Source: Planctomycetota bacterium (GTDB taxonomy: Bacteria > Planctomycetota > MHYJ01 > WSZJ01). From it: DNA of 64,000 nucleotides. The position numbers and the translations under genes are program-made. Below are positions 35,786 through 45,892 of this stretch, in pieces. The stretch is taken from positions 304,082 to 368,081 of the forward strand of contig JBBTCT010000009.1 of NCBI GenBank assembly GCA_038060895.1, given 5' to 3'. The first letter of the stretch is position 1. Every line of letters starts with the position of its first letter. The notes under the pieces are model-generated. The model did not search any database. It was given only the letters and a program-made list of their open reading frames with translations, and had not been told where the DNA came from.

Positions 35786-36847
35786 ATGGGTGACACGCGC
35801 GTCTTCCCGCTCTCCAGGGCGGTCTTTCAACCCGACGACCTGGCGGAGCCCGCGCGTATTCTGGCGGCCGGGGGGCTCGTCGCGTTTCCGACCGAAACCG
35901 TCTATGGCCTGGGGACCAATGCCGAGCGGGGCGCAAGCGTGACGCGGCTCCTCGAAGTCACGCGCAGCCCCGCGGACCGCCGGCTCACGCTCCATCTCTC
36001 CCAGATCTGGGAGCTCGACCGCTGGGTCCGCGACATCCCGCCTGCCGTCCGCCGACTCACCCGCCGATTCTGGCCCGGACCGCTGACCATCGTCCTCCGC
36101 TGCTCCGACGGCGAGACGCGCGGCTTCCGAATTCCAGCCGACGAGGTCGCCCGCGAACTCCTCAAGCTCGCCGCCGTTCCCGTCGTCGCCACGAGCGTGA
36201 ACGCCGCGGAAGCGCCCCCGATCAACGACCCCGCGACGATCCTGAAGCACTTCGGCGGCCAGATTGACGCGGTCGTCGATGGCGGCCCCGCACGTTTCGC
36301 GAGACAGTCCACGGTTGTCGAAGTTGACGAGAAGGGCTGTCGTGTCTCGCGCGAGGGAGTTGTGCCTCGAGTCGAGATCGAGGAAGCATGCCGGCGACGG
36401 ATCCTCTTCGTCTGCTCGGGCAACACGTGCCGTTCTCCCATGGCGGAGGTCCTGATGCGCCGGGCACTGGCGCTGCGCCTTGGCGTGGGCGAGGACAAGG
36501 TGGAGGACAAGGGATACTCCGTGGAATCCGCCGGCGCTGGCGCTTCCGCGGGAGCCCCGATGGCCGAGGACGCAGCGCGTGTGCTTGAGGAGATGGGCTG
36601 CCGGGTTCGCGAGAGGAAGTCACGCCCGCTGACTGCGGACATGGTGCGCGAGGCGGACCACGTCTACGCCATGACGAGGGCGCACCTGTCGCGCGTGATC
36701 GAGATGGCGCCCGAGGCTGCCGGGCGGGCCCGAAGGCTGGATTCTGCGCGAGACATCGAGGACCCCGTGGGGGCCGGCGTGGAAGCGTACCGTGCCGCAG
36801 CCAAACAGATCCGCAAGGCCCTGGAGGGGGTGGTGAAATCGCTATGA
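35786..36847 (+). CDS. Fusion: TsaC/Sua5/YrdC-family domain + low-molecular-weight protein (arginine) phosphatase
   Basis: AFPTETVYGL, FWPGPLT, GFRIP, STVV; then LFVCSGNTCRSPMAE and IEDPVG. Confidence 0.88.
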   Translation: MGDTRVFPLSRAVFQPDDLAEPARILAAGGLVAFPTETVYGLGTNAERGASVTRLLEVTRSPADRRLTLHLSQIWELDRWVRDIPPAVRRLTRRFWPGPLTIVLRCSDGETRGFRIPADEVARELLKLAAVPVVATSVNAAEAPPINDPATILKHFGGQIDAVVDGGPARFARQSTVVEVDEKGCRVSREGVVPRVEIEEACRRRILFVCSGNTCRSPMAEVLMRRALALRLGVGEDKVEDKGYSVESAGAGASAGAPMAEDAARVLEEMGCRVRERKSRPLTADMVREADHVYAMTRAHLSRVIEMAPEAAGRARRLDSARDIEDPVGAGVEAYRAAAKQIRKALEGVVKSL

Positions 36848-37287
36848 AAATCGCAATCGGATCGGATCACGCCGGGTTCCGGGCAAAAGAGGCGCTGAAG
36901 GGGTCGCTGGTGTCGGCGGGGCACCAGGTCGAGGATCTCGGGACGAAATCCGAAGATTCGTGCGACTACACCGATTTTTCGTTCGCGGTGGCGGAGAGGG
37001 TCGCGAAGGGCGGCGCCGAGCGTGGAGTGATCCTCTGCGGAACCGGCATCGGGTCGGCGATCGCCGCGAACAAGGTCAAAGGGATCCGCGCCGCGCTGGT
37101 CCACGATGGATTCACGGCCGAGATGAGCCGTCGGCACAACGACGCCAACGTGCTCGTTCTTGGCGCCCGAGTCCTGGCCGAGGAACGAATCAAGGACCTC
37201 GCGAAGATCTGGATCGAGACGCCTTTCGACGGCGGACGGCACGAGAGGCGCGTCGGGAAGATCGGGGCGTACGAGAAGAGCTGCTGA
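36844..37287 (+). CDS. rpiB: Ribose-5-phosphate isomerase B
   Basis: IAIGSDHAG, CGTGIG, ANKVKGIRAA, RHNDANVL, FDGGRHERRV. Confidence 0.96.
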   Translation: MKIAIGSDHAGFRAKEALKGSLVSAGHQVEDLGTKSEDSCDYTDFSFAVAERVAKGGAERGVILCGTGIGSAIAANKVKGIRAALVHDGFTAEMSRRHNDANVLVLGARVLAEERIKDLAKIWIETPFDGGRHERRVGKIGAYEKSC

Positions 37288-37325
37288 GCCGGGCCGCAAC
37301 CGGTGGAATCAATGCTGACTCACCA

Positions 37326-37676
37326 CTAGGCCCTGGCCGGCGCCTTGTCCAGCTCTGAAAGTGCCCGGCGCACCGCTTCAAGGCGGTCTGCCTTTCGCCT
37401 TGACGCGTCCGCCGCCCGTTTCAGGAGTTCGGCCGCTCGGGACTCCTCCATGCCACTGAGCTGTCCGGCGTAGCGCGCGGCGGTCTCCCAGGCAGGCCGG
37501 GTCGTCGGCAGCAGGTCGCGAAGGCTCTTTTCGAACAGGAGCCGGCGGTAGACCTGAAGCGCCTCGCGCCGGGCGGATTCTCCGGCGAGGACGCTGGCGG
37601 AGAGGAAGAGCGCGAGCAGGGCGCCGAGGGAGGCGCAGGCGACTGTCCAGGCGATATCGGGGAAGGGGAGGATCAT
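37326..37676 (-). CDS. Small hypothetical membrane protein
   Basis: 116-aa ORF with N-terminal hydrophobic helix filling the gap between rpiB and the acyl-CoA dehydrogenase. Confidence 0.5.
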   Translation of the reverse strand: MILPFPDIAWTVACASLGALLALFLSASVLAGESARREALQVYRRLLFEKSLRDLLPTTRPAWETAARYAGQLSGMEESRAAELLKRAADASRRKADRLEAVRRALSELDKAPARA

Positions 37677-37761
37677 GGCGGAGTTTCTTTCCCCTCAACG
37701 GGTATATCGGGAAGAACGGCGCGCGGGCTTGAGTTGCTTGTCTGCAGGTCCGGAGGTTGAG

Positions 37762-38934
37762 TTAGGTGTAGGCCGCCAGCCCCGTAGCCGCCTGCCCCAG
37801 AACCAGCGTATGGATGTCGTGCGTCCCTTCGTACGTCTTCACGCTCTCGAGATTCATCATGTGACGGATGACCGGGTACTCGTCGATGATCCCGTTCGCT
37901 CCGTGCAGGTCCCGCGCCAGCCGGGCGATGTTGAGCGCGATCTCCACGTTGTTTCTCTTCGCGAGCGAGACCTGCTCCGGCTTCAGCTTCTTCTGGTCCT
38001 TGAGTTGCGCGAGCCTGAGGCAAAGGCACTGGGCCTTCGTGATTTCGGTGAGCATGTAGGCGAGCTTTTCCTGGTTAAGCTGGAAAGCGCCGATAGGCCG
38101 GTCGAACTGGATTCGGGTCTTCGCGTAGTTCACGCTCGAGTCGTAACACGCCATCGCGGCGCCGATGGCGCCCCAGGCAATCCCGTAGCGCGCCTGCGTC
38201 AGGCAGGAAAGGGGCCCCTTCAGCCCTTTGACGTCAGGGAAGACGCAGTCCTCCGGAATGGCGCAATCGCTGAAGATGAGTTCCCCCGTGATCGAGGCTC
38301 GCAGGCTCCACTTGTTGTGAGTCTCTTTCGTTGTGAACCCCGGCGTCCCTTTTTCGACAAGGAACCCGCGAATCTGGTCCTCTTCGTCTTTCGCCCAGAC
38401 CACCGCGATGTCAGCCACGGACGCGTTCGTGATCCACATCTTCGCGCCGTTCAGGATCCACTTGCCGCCCTTTCTCTTCGCCCTCGTGATCATCCCGCCC
38501 GGATTCGAGCCGTGGTCCGGCTCCGTCAAACCGAAACACCCGATCTTCTTTCCGTGCGCCATCGGAGGAAGCCACTTCTTCCTGTGCTCTTCCGTCCCGT
38601 ACGTCCAGATCGGCCACATGCACAGGGACGTCTGGACGCTCGCGAACGACCGAAGCCCCGAATCTCCCCGCTCCAGCTCCTGCAGGATCAGGCCGTAGGC
38701 CGTCGCGTTCATTCCGGCGCAGTCGTACCCCTGGATCGGCGCCCCCAGCAGGCCCAGCTCCGCCATCTCGGGAATCAGGTTTTCCGGAAAGGTCCCGGCG
38801 CGGTTGTGCTGCTCGATGACGGGCATGAAGCGCCGCGACACCCATTCGCGGACCGTGTCCCGCACGGCGCGCTCTTCCTCCGTCAGCAGCTCGTCGAGCT
38901 GGTAGAAGTCGATTCCAGTGAACGGCGCTGTCAT
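37762..38934 (-). CDS. gcdH: Acyl-CoA dehydrogenase, glutaryl-CoA dehydrogenase type
   Basis: ELERGDSGLRSFASVQ, GCFGLTEPDHGSNP, SLRASITG, ARYGIAWG, TYEGTHDIH. Confidence 0.88.
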   Translation of the reverse strand: MTAPFTGIDFYQLDELLTEEERAVRDTVREWVSRRFMPVIEQHNRAGTFPENLIPEMAELGLLGAPIQGYDCAGMNATAYGLILQELERGDSGLRSFASVQTSLCMWPIWTYGTEEHRKKWLPPMAHGKKIGCFGLTEPDHGSNPGGMITRAKRKGGKWILNGAKMWITNASVADIAVVWAKDEEDQIRGFLVEKGTPGFTTKETHNKWSLRASITGELIFSDCAIPEDCVFPDVKGLKGPLSCLTQARYGIAWGAIGAAMACYDSSVNYAKTRIQFDRPIGAFQLNQEKLAYMLTEITKAQCLCLRLAQLKDQKKLKPEQVSLAKRNNVEIALNIARLARDLHGANGIIDEYPVIRHMMNLESVKTYEGTHDIHTLVLGQAATGLAAYT

Positions 38935-39049
38935 CGGACGCCCCTTCCTTGATGAATGGCATTAAACATCTTTGAGATCCCGCCCGGTCACTCGCGGGAG
39001 GGAGGAAGTGTGCGGGGCGGCGCGCGTCGAGTCAACAACCCCTGCGAAC

Positions 39050-42000
39050 CTACCAGTCGTAGTAGTCGTAGTAGTCCTGCTGGGCGATGGCCGGGTCGTA
39101 GAGCCGGGCGCCGGGATTCGCGTCAAGCCACTCGATCCACTTTGCGGCGCGCGCGAAGGGAGGATCGCCCATCCGGTTTTCGCGCCTGGTCATGGAAGCG
39201 AGCGCGGCGACCGCTTCTTCCCGGACCACCGCGTCCTCGTCGTCGGTCAGCGGAGCCAGCAGCAAGGCCGAGGCGCGGGTAGGGGCGTAGCGGAGCGCGC
39301 GCAGGGCGGCGAGGCGGCGATCGGGGTCTGCCGAGGCGGCTGACTCCCCGAGGCGCGCGATGGCGCCGGCGTCCTCCAGGCGGGCGAGGGCGGCGAGCAT
39401 CCTGAGGCGCGTGTCCTCGGAGGGTTCGGCGCCCTCCGAAGCGTGAAGCGCGGCGACGGCGAGTCTCTTCGCGGGTCCGGCGGCGCGACTGATGGCGGTA
39501 GCCGCGGCGGCTCGCACGAGCGGGTCGGGGCGGCCGAGGAGCGGTATGAGGTTCGGGAGAGAGTCGGGGCCAAGGCGGGAGGTGAGGGCTTCGGTGGCAA
39601 TTTCGTCGCCGGAGGCGCCGCGGAACGCGGCGGCGGCGAGCAGGGAAAAGCCCTCGGCCGTGGGCTCCGTCTGAAAGGTCCTCGACGCCGAGAGACGGTC
39701 GACCCAGGACGCGCCGGCAAATTCGTCCTGCATCGGCCCGCTCGCCGTGCGCATGCTCGCCGGAACTTCGTCCGCTGAAGTCGGATCGACATAGCGGCCG
39801 ATCGCGGCGCGAAGGTCGAGCAGCGCTTCACGGCCCTGCTCGTCCCAGGCGGCTTCGTCGAGGATTGCAATGGAGAGCTGAAGCCAGCTGACTCGAATTC
39901 GAAAAGGCTCGATCTGTTCGCGGTGATGGCCGGCGAGTTGCCAGGCGCGGAGCAGGCTGCGAACCAGGGTGACGCGGTTCCCAGGCAGGAGCTCGAGAGC
40001 GGTGCTTCGGAGCCATGTCGGACCGTTCATGAGGCGATCGTGGATGTCCGGGAGGTCGCCGATCCAGGCCCGCGCCGCGACCGCGGCATCGGCCAGCGAA
40101 GGATCGGACGCGAGCGATGCCAGAAGTGCAGGAGTGGCGTTTCGCAGGGACTGGGAACCGAAATTCTGAACGAGAATGCGGGCTTTCTCAAGCGCGCCCG
40201 CTTCAAGCCGGCGCAGGGTGGCTCGCACGAGAGCATCGGCGACGGCGCGCGGAAGCGGGGCTCTCCACGCAAGGCCGCCGTTCTGGACGGCGTAGACCAG
40301 CGCGGCCTCGGCCGGATCTCCTTCCTGGGCGGCGAGATCCACGATTGCTTCTGCTGCTCCCTCGCTCCCCCAGCGGCTGGCCAGGAGGGAAGCGATGGCG
40401 TATCCGCGTATCGGCATGTCGGCGTTTCGGGCGGCGGCCGAGAGCAACCGGCAGCCCGGGGGGCCGCTGGCGGCGACGTGAGCGCACCACGCTGGCCAGC
40501 TCGCGACCTGCAGGTTCTCGAACTGCCGGATCAACATCCAGAGAAGCGCCGGTTCGCCGGTGTTGTAAATCGAATCCCGGACGTCGTCGGAAACGAACCG
40601 GTTCGCATGCGCGACTTTCAGCACGAGCGCGCGGTCTCCCCGCTGGAATATCGAGCGCGCCGCATCTGCGTTCAGAGGCGCCAGCGAGTCGGCCGTGCGC
40701 CGCAGCCGCGTCAGCGCGTAGCCCCGTGGCCGTGTCCACGCTTCACCCGGCCGGAGTTCGTCCTCGACGGGAAGGAGTTCCGGCGCCCGCCATCGTGCGA
40801 ATTCGCGCGCGCTTTCGGCGACCTCGGAGTCGTCGTCGTCGATCAGGGGCCGCGCTCTCTCCAGCAATTCCGGCCTGTGATCCATGTCATCCCACGCGCC
40901 CGGGAGAAGCGCCGATGCGTACCAGCGGTCGCCCGGGTCAGGCGACGCCGAGAGCCTCTTCCATTTGTGCCAGGGCACGCGGTAGGCATACCAGTCAAGC
41001 CAGGGGCGCGAGTCGAGTCCCTCGTCGAACTCGATTCCACCGCGCAATCCCAGGTCGATCACGCGCCGGGCGTTCGCGGCCGCAGCGCCCAGGTCCGGGT
41101 CCGACTCGAGCTCGAGGAGGGCGTCGTGGCCGTCGGGGCCCATGGAAGCGAGCATCTCCACGGCGAGAGTGGCCATGGCGCTGCTGGTGCGTCCGGCGGC
41201 GACAATTTCCCTGGCGGCCCATGCGACCTCGACCGGTGTGCAGAGACCCAGGGGCGAATCGACGGCGATGCGGGCCGCGCGCGCGAGCCTGCGGAAATGC
41301 TCGATCCTGTCGCGTGGCTCCTCGTCCCACCAGGCCTCGAGGTAATCGGTGAGCCGTTCCTCCGCCATTTCCCGGATTTCGTTCTCAGGGTCGTCCAGGA
41401 GCGCCGCGGCGCGCGCAAATCCTTCTGCCTCGCCGCAGGCGCGATTCAGCGCAACCAGCCTCGCATTCGATCGTGGTGAATTCGCCAGCTCTTCAAGCGC
41501 GGAAGGCGAGAGATCCCCTGACCAGTCGTCGGTTTCAAACGACTCGGCGAGCGCTTTCGCCCCGGCGTTGCGCACAAGCCTGGGAGCGTCGTGTCCGAAG
41601 CCGACCGGGATTCCCGCCGGCCGGCGCGCGCTCCAGGAAAGCCACGCAGCCTGCACCATGCGGGGCCGCCGCGGCTCCTCTGCCATGTTAGACAGGATGT
41701 CGAACCTCAGGACGGGATCGTCGGGAAGCGGAGGAAGGTCCTCAGGCCCACGCGCGATGTCGATGGCGGCGTTCCAGAGACCCGGCAGGACCAGGGGGTC
41801 CTTTTCGACGGAAACTGCCGCGCATATTTCGACGGACTGGCGCCAGTTCCCCTGAAGTTGAACAACCTGCGCGGCCGCGCGCCGTACTTCCCGGTTTCCG
41901 TCGCGCAGCCGAGCCGCGGCCAGTCGCGCCCAGCCGGCGTCGCGTGGAGGCGCAACCGCCAGAACTCGGAGCAAGCCCTGCACCTCGGCTTCCGGGCGCG

Positions 42001-42376
42001 CGGTCAGCACGCGATTGATCGCAGCCTCGGTCCGATAGGAGCCTGCCAGGACCATGAGCGCGACCGCTTCCGCTACCTCCACCGCCGTGCCGGTCTCGAG
42101 GACGAGCAGCGGTTCGAGGTCCACGAGGCGACACTCCGGATCCCACTTTCGCGCCGCAACGACAAGCGCGGCGGCGCCGGAAACGCCGCTGTCCGGCGAG
42201 GCAACAGCGGATGCAAGCGGCAGGGCCGCCTCCGGACCGGCCCGACGAAGCGCTTCCCGCGCGGCCCTGCGCGATTGGGCCGTTCCGCCGGCCAGCTCAC
42301 GGCATCGGGAATCCCAGTCCTCGCCGAAAGCGGCAAGCGGGGCGGCCAGAAGTATGACCAACGCGGCGGCGCGCAC
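39050..42376 (-). CDS. Secreted HEAT-repeat (alpha-solenoid) protein, paralog A
   Basis: Signal peptide; L.D....VR..AA..L units at both ends; W..W...N C-terminal motif; GTG start. Confidence 0.7.
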   Translation of the reverse strand: MRAAALVILLAAPLAAFGEDWDSRCRELAGGTAQSRRAAREALRRAGPEAALPLASAVASPDSGVSGAAALVVAARKWDPECRLVDLEPLLVLETGTAVEVAEAVALMVLAGSYRTEAAINRVLTARPEAEVQGLLRVLAVAPPRDAGWARLAAARLRDGNREVRRAAAQVVQLQGNWRQSVEICAAVSVEKDPLVLPGLWNAAIDIARGPEDLPPLPDDPVLRFDILSNMAEEPRRPRMVQAAWLSWSARRPAGIPVGFGHDAPRLVRNAGAKALAESFETDDWSGDLSPSALEELANSPRSNARLVALNRACGEAEGFARAAALLDDPENEIREMAEERLTDYLEAWWDEEPRDRIEHFRRLARAARIAVDSPLGLCTPVEVAWAAREIVAAGRTSSAMATLAVEMLASMGPDGHDALLELESDPDLGAAAANARRVIDLGLRGGIEFDEGLDSRPWLDWYAYRVPWHKWKRLSASPDPGDRWYASALLPGAWDDMDHRPELLERARPLIDDDDSEVAESAREFARWRAPELLPVEDELRPGEAWTRPRGYALTRLRRTADSLAPLNADAARSIFQRGDRALVLKVAHANRFVSDDVRDSIYNTGEPALLWMLIRQFENLQVASWPAWCAHVAASGPPGCRLLSAAARNADMPIRGYAIASLLASRWGSEGAAEAIVDLAAQEGDPAEAALVYAVQNGGLAWRAPLPRAVADALVRATLRRLEAGALEKARILVQNFGSQSLRNATPALLASLASDPSLADAAVAARAWIGDLPDIHDRLMNGPTWLRSTALELLPGNRVTLVRSLLRAWQLAGHHREQIEPFRIRVSWLQLSIAILDEAAWDEQGREALLDLRAAIGRYVDPTSADEVPASMRTASGPMQDEFAGASWVDRLSASRTFQTEPTAEGFSLLAAAAFRGASGDEIATEALTSRLGPDSLPNLIPLLGRPDPLVRAAAATAISRAAGPAKRLAVAALHASEGAEPSEDTRLRMLAALARLEDAGAIARLGESAASADPDRRLAALRALRYAPTRASALLLAPLTDDEDAVVREEAVAALASMTRRENRMGDPPFARAAKWIEWLDANPGARLYDPAIAQQDYYDYYDW

Positions 42377-42516
42377 CGGCTGAGTATACCGCCGGCAGTA
42401 TTCCCGTCCGGAGCGTTCCGAAGGTCACCTGCGCCCCATCGTGGCCCGCCATCGCTTACGACGCGCTCAAGCTCCTCGAACTCGCAGAAATCCGACATCG
42501 ACCGATGCTCACGTTC

Positions 42517-45500
42517 TCAGTTGCCCTGTTCGATCCGGAACTCGGTCCCCGGATTCTCCGCAAGCCATCTCTTCCAGTCCCGGACCGCCCAGGGCGTGCA
42601 TTCCGGCGCAAATTCGCGGAGCGTCATCCGCTGAAGCGCGGCGTGAGCAGCATCACGCACCGGGAAGTCGGCGTCTTCGGCAAGGGTGGCGAGAACACCC
42701 GCGGCGTTGGTTCCCGGCGCATGTTCGAGGGCCCGGGCCGCGGCGAGCCTGTCGTCGGCGTCCGTCGAAGACGCCAGCGCGCACAGCGCTTCGAGCCCCG
42801 CCGGGTCATTCAGCCGGACGAGGGCCGCGAGCTTGGCCGAACGGGCGGCCCGGTCCGATTCGCCCTCCAGCGAGATCCGAAGCGCGGCGCAGGCAAATCG
42901 CGGGGCAAACCCCCCGAGCCTGCCGATTCGCTTCGCCGCGGACTGCCGGACGCCGGGGGGAGCTGCATTGAGAAGCGGGACCAGGCGGGGAATCGCATCG
43001 GGACCGAGACGAGGAATGACGGCGTTGAGCGCGACCTCGTCGCCGGTGTCGCCACGGAACGCCGCGGCGCAGAGGGCGAAGAATCCGGGAGACGGTTCCT
43101 TTGACATGGACGACGAGACGGCCCGATTGCGGCGGAGCATGGAATTCCCGTCAAACTCGACGGGAGCGACAACTTCAAACATCCTCCAGGACGTCGTGGG
43201 CGTGAAGATCGGGGCGTAGTACCAGCGCCGTGCGAGACGTCTCAGCTGGAGCAGCGAGTCGCGCCATTCAGCTTCGTCGGCGGCGAAGGAGAGCAGGGCC
43301 AGGTCAGTCAATTCGCCGGATCGCTGCAGCGCCCAGGTCTCGGAAGAATCGTTGAGGCTCCCGCAGGTGAGCCACGACCACGTCGCGAGGCGGATCGATT
43401 TCAGGCTCCGCGCGGGCAGGCGTGAAAGCCCGCGAGAGCGGGAATTCCGGTCGCCCGCGAGGATCTGGACTTCCGGCGAAACGGCAGGTGAAAACTCGAG
43501 GCCGTACGTCCGGGCGATCGAGGAAATGGCAGGGTCTCTGGCAAGGGCGGCCCGTGAGTCGCTGGAAGCGCGCGAAATGGACTCGCCCAGCGTGGCCACC
43601 AGAGATTCCAGCTCGGCAGGACTGCCGCCGTCCGCGGCTGTGCGCAAGAGGACCGAGGCGATGGAGTCGGCCATGCGCGGAGTGAAGGGCTGTCTATTGC
43701 GGCCGGGCGCCGCCCGAAGGGACTCCCGGAGGAGCTTTCGCTCTTCTTCCACGGCTGACGCCGCCATCGCTTCCACGATCGGTTCCGAAAAGGGATCGGC
43801 CCAGGGGCGGGAGAGCAGGGAAGCGAGCGCAACGGTGCGGACTTTGGGGCTGGCATCGCGTGCGATTGCGGCGACGACGCGGGCCCCCTCCTGAGAACAG
43901 GAAGCCAGAGCGGAGAACCACGGCGCGCTAAGAGGAGCTTCCAGATCCGCCAACCGTGGGAGCAGGATCGGGAGCAGGCCGGCTTCGCCTCCCGGCGCGA
44001 TGAGGGCCAGTTCGGTCCCTGCCTGGTCGAATCGTCCGGCGCGCACTGCCGCCAGCACGAGCGCGCGGTCGCCGTGCGTGACGAGGAGGGAGGCCTTTTG
44101 CCGGTCCAGGACGACGCCAGGGGCCAGCGCGGCGCGCAGACGCGAAAGGACGTAGGGACGCGGGCGGCTCCAGGCCTCCCGGTAATCGATGTCCTCGCGC
44201 TCGGGCAATTGCTCAGGAGCCTGGCTCGCGAGGAATGCGATCGCCGGCTGGCTCACGGCTGCATCCTGCGCCTCCGCCAGCCTTCGAACGTCGGCGGCCG
44301 TCTCGTGGCGCACATCGAGTCGGTCCCAGGCGTCGCTCATCATCGCCCCTGCGAGTTGCCTCTCCTCGGCTTCCTCGGATCGCACGAGCCTCCGCCAGCC
44401 CTCCATGTCCACGCCGTCAAGCCACCCGGACCTCACGCGGGGCGCACTTTCCATTCCGCGTCCGAAGCTGACGCCTTGCGGCGGGATTCTGAACTCGAGC
44501 AACCGCCGCACTCTCTTCGCCGCGTCTCCCAGTTCCTTGTCCGCTTCCAGCTCCTTGAGGGCCGCCATCGTCCGGGCTCGCGCGATCCAGTATGCCGGGT
44601 AGGCAATCATGGCTCCCGACGAGGATGAGAGCCCTGCCTCGAGAAGGGCTCGCACCGCCCACTCAACTTCTTGCGTCTCCCCCAGGCCCGCGGCTGAATC
44701 GATCAGAATACGCGCGGCGGCGCCGATTCGGGCGAGAGCCGCACGACGCTCCGATTCGGGCTTCTGCTCGTTGGCGCGATCCCAGCGCTCCAGCGCCCCC
44801 AACGCGGCCTGGCGGACTCCGAAGTCGGGATCTGAAAGGAAGAGTGAGACCCGGGCAACCTCAACAGGGGAGAGCTCGTCGTTGACGGCCACTGACCATC
44901 GCGCCTGCCGGCTCGGCGAATCGGAGAGCTCTGAGCGCAGGCCCAGCGGCAAAGGACGCGGCCCGTATTGCGCCGGCAATTCTTCGACGTACGACGCCGT
45001 CCCGATCAGGCGCAGCAATCGCGAAGGCTCGTCCCAGAATGCCGGGGGAATCGTGGCAGGCCTGCGCTTTTCCAGGGCCCGCCACGCGGCCGCGCGCAAG
45101 TCGGATGAAGGGCCGCCGGCCATCCACCCAAGCACCGTCGAAAACTCTTCGGGGTCGAGCGGAAGGGCGGGCAACTCGGCCGGGGAGCCGGACGTCCAGA
45201 TGAGCACAGACCACAGCTGGGACCGGATCTCTCGATCAGTTTCGCGATCCAGCGCCAGCCGGATGTCGCCTATCTGCTCGCGCCCCGCCTGCGCCGCAAG
45301 CGCCATCGCGGCCGCAGAGCGGACTTCGCGCGCGGGATTTCGAAACTCCCGAAGAGCCTCGCGGGCCCAGCCCCGGTCCCGGGCGGCGGAACCGTTTCCC
45401 AGGCACCGCACGCAGGCAGCGCGGTCCGCGGGTGCACAGGCCTCGAGGATGCGACGCACCGCGAGACCCGACACCGCCGATCCGAATCCGATGAGCCGCC

Positions 45501-45801
45501 CGAGCGCGATCAGTCGCTTCCCGATCTCCGGCGATGCCACCTCGCCAAATACCTCCACGTCCGCGACCTTCGCTTCCGGGTCCCATCGCCTCGCCTCCCG
45601 GACCGCCCGCGCCAGGCCTCCGACTTCCACCTGTGCCGTCTCCAGCGCTTCGTCCGCCTCGGGCCCTGCCTTGCGAAGCGCTTCGATCGCAGCGGACCGC
45701 TCGCTTGCCGATTCGGAAGCGAGTTGCCGGCAGAGACTGACGAGATCTTCTGCGCGAGCGGGCAGCGCCAGCAGGAAAAGGGCAGCGAGAGCGCGGCGCA
45801 T
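42517..45801 (-). CDS. Secreted HEAT-repeat (alpha-solenoid) protein, paralog B
   Basis: Signal peptide; collinear with paralog A (RWDPE..DLE/DVE, EAW.RPR.Y.L.RLR, AAFRG..GDE.A, WL..NPG). Confidence 0.7.
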   Translation of the reverse strand: MRRALAALFLLALPARAEDLVSLCRQLASESASERSAAIEALRKAGPEADEALETAQVEVGGLARAVREARRWDPEAKVADVEVFGEVASPEIGKRLIALGRLIGFGSAVSGLAVRRILEACAPADRAACVRCLGNGSAARDRGWAREALREFRNPAREVRSAAAMALAAQAGREQIGDIRLALDRETDREIRSQLWSVLIWTSGSPAELPALPLDPEEFSTVLGWMAGGPSSDLRAAAWRALEKRRPATIPPAFWDEPSRLLRLIGTASYVEELPAQYGPRPLPLGLRSELSDSPSRQARWSVAVNDELSPVEVARVSLFLSDPDFGVRQAALGALERWDRANEQKPESERRAALARIGAAARILIDSAAGLGETQEVEWAVRALLEAGLSSSSGAMIAYPAYWIARARTMAALKELEADKELGDAAKRVRRLLEFRIPPQGVSFGRGMESAPRVRSGWLDGVDMEGWRRLVRSEEAEERQLAGAMMSDAWDRLDVRHETAADVRRLAEAQDAAVSQPAIAFLASQAPEQLPEREDIDYREAWSRPRPYVLSRLRAALAPGVVLDRQKASLLVTHGDRALVLAAVRAGRFDQAGTELALIAPGGEAGLLPILLPRLADLEAPLSAPWFSALASCSQEGARVVAAIARDASPKVRTVALASLLSRPWADPFSEPIVEAMAASAVEEERKLLRESLRAAPGRNRQPFTPRMADSIASVLLRTAADGGSPAELESLVATLGESISRASSDSRAALARDPAISSIARTYGLEFSPAVSPEVQILAGDRNSRSRGLSRLPARSLKSIRLATWSWLTCGSLNDSSETWALQRSGELTDLALLSFAADEAEWRDSLLQLRRLARRWYYAPIFTPTTSWRMFEVVAPVEFDGNSMLRRNRAVSSSMSKEPSPGFFALCAAAFRGDTGDEVALNAVIPRLGPDAIPRLVPLLNAAPPGVRQSAAKRIGRLGGFAPRFACAALRISLEGESDRAARSAKLAALVRLNDPAGLEALCALASSTDADDRLAAARALEHAPGTNAAGVLATLAEDADFPVRDAAHAALQRMTLREFAPECTPWAVRDWKRWLAENPGTEFRIEQGN

Positions 45802-45892
45802 GGGTGGATTATAAGGCCAGGAGGACCCTGATGTTCAGCCACAGTATCCGAACGGAAATTGAGATCCCAGGTTCAATCGGGCCTGGCGGAAT

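Noticed and set aside
37282-37330. rpiB ends in Cys-TGA, a possible C-terminal Sec
   Set aside because: RpiB is already full length, the extension is short and featureless, and no comparable hairpin is evident
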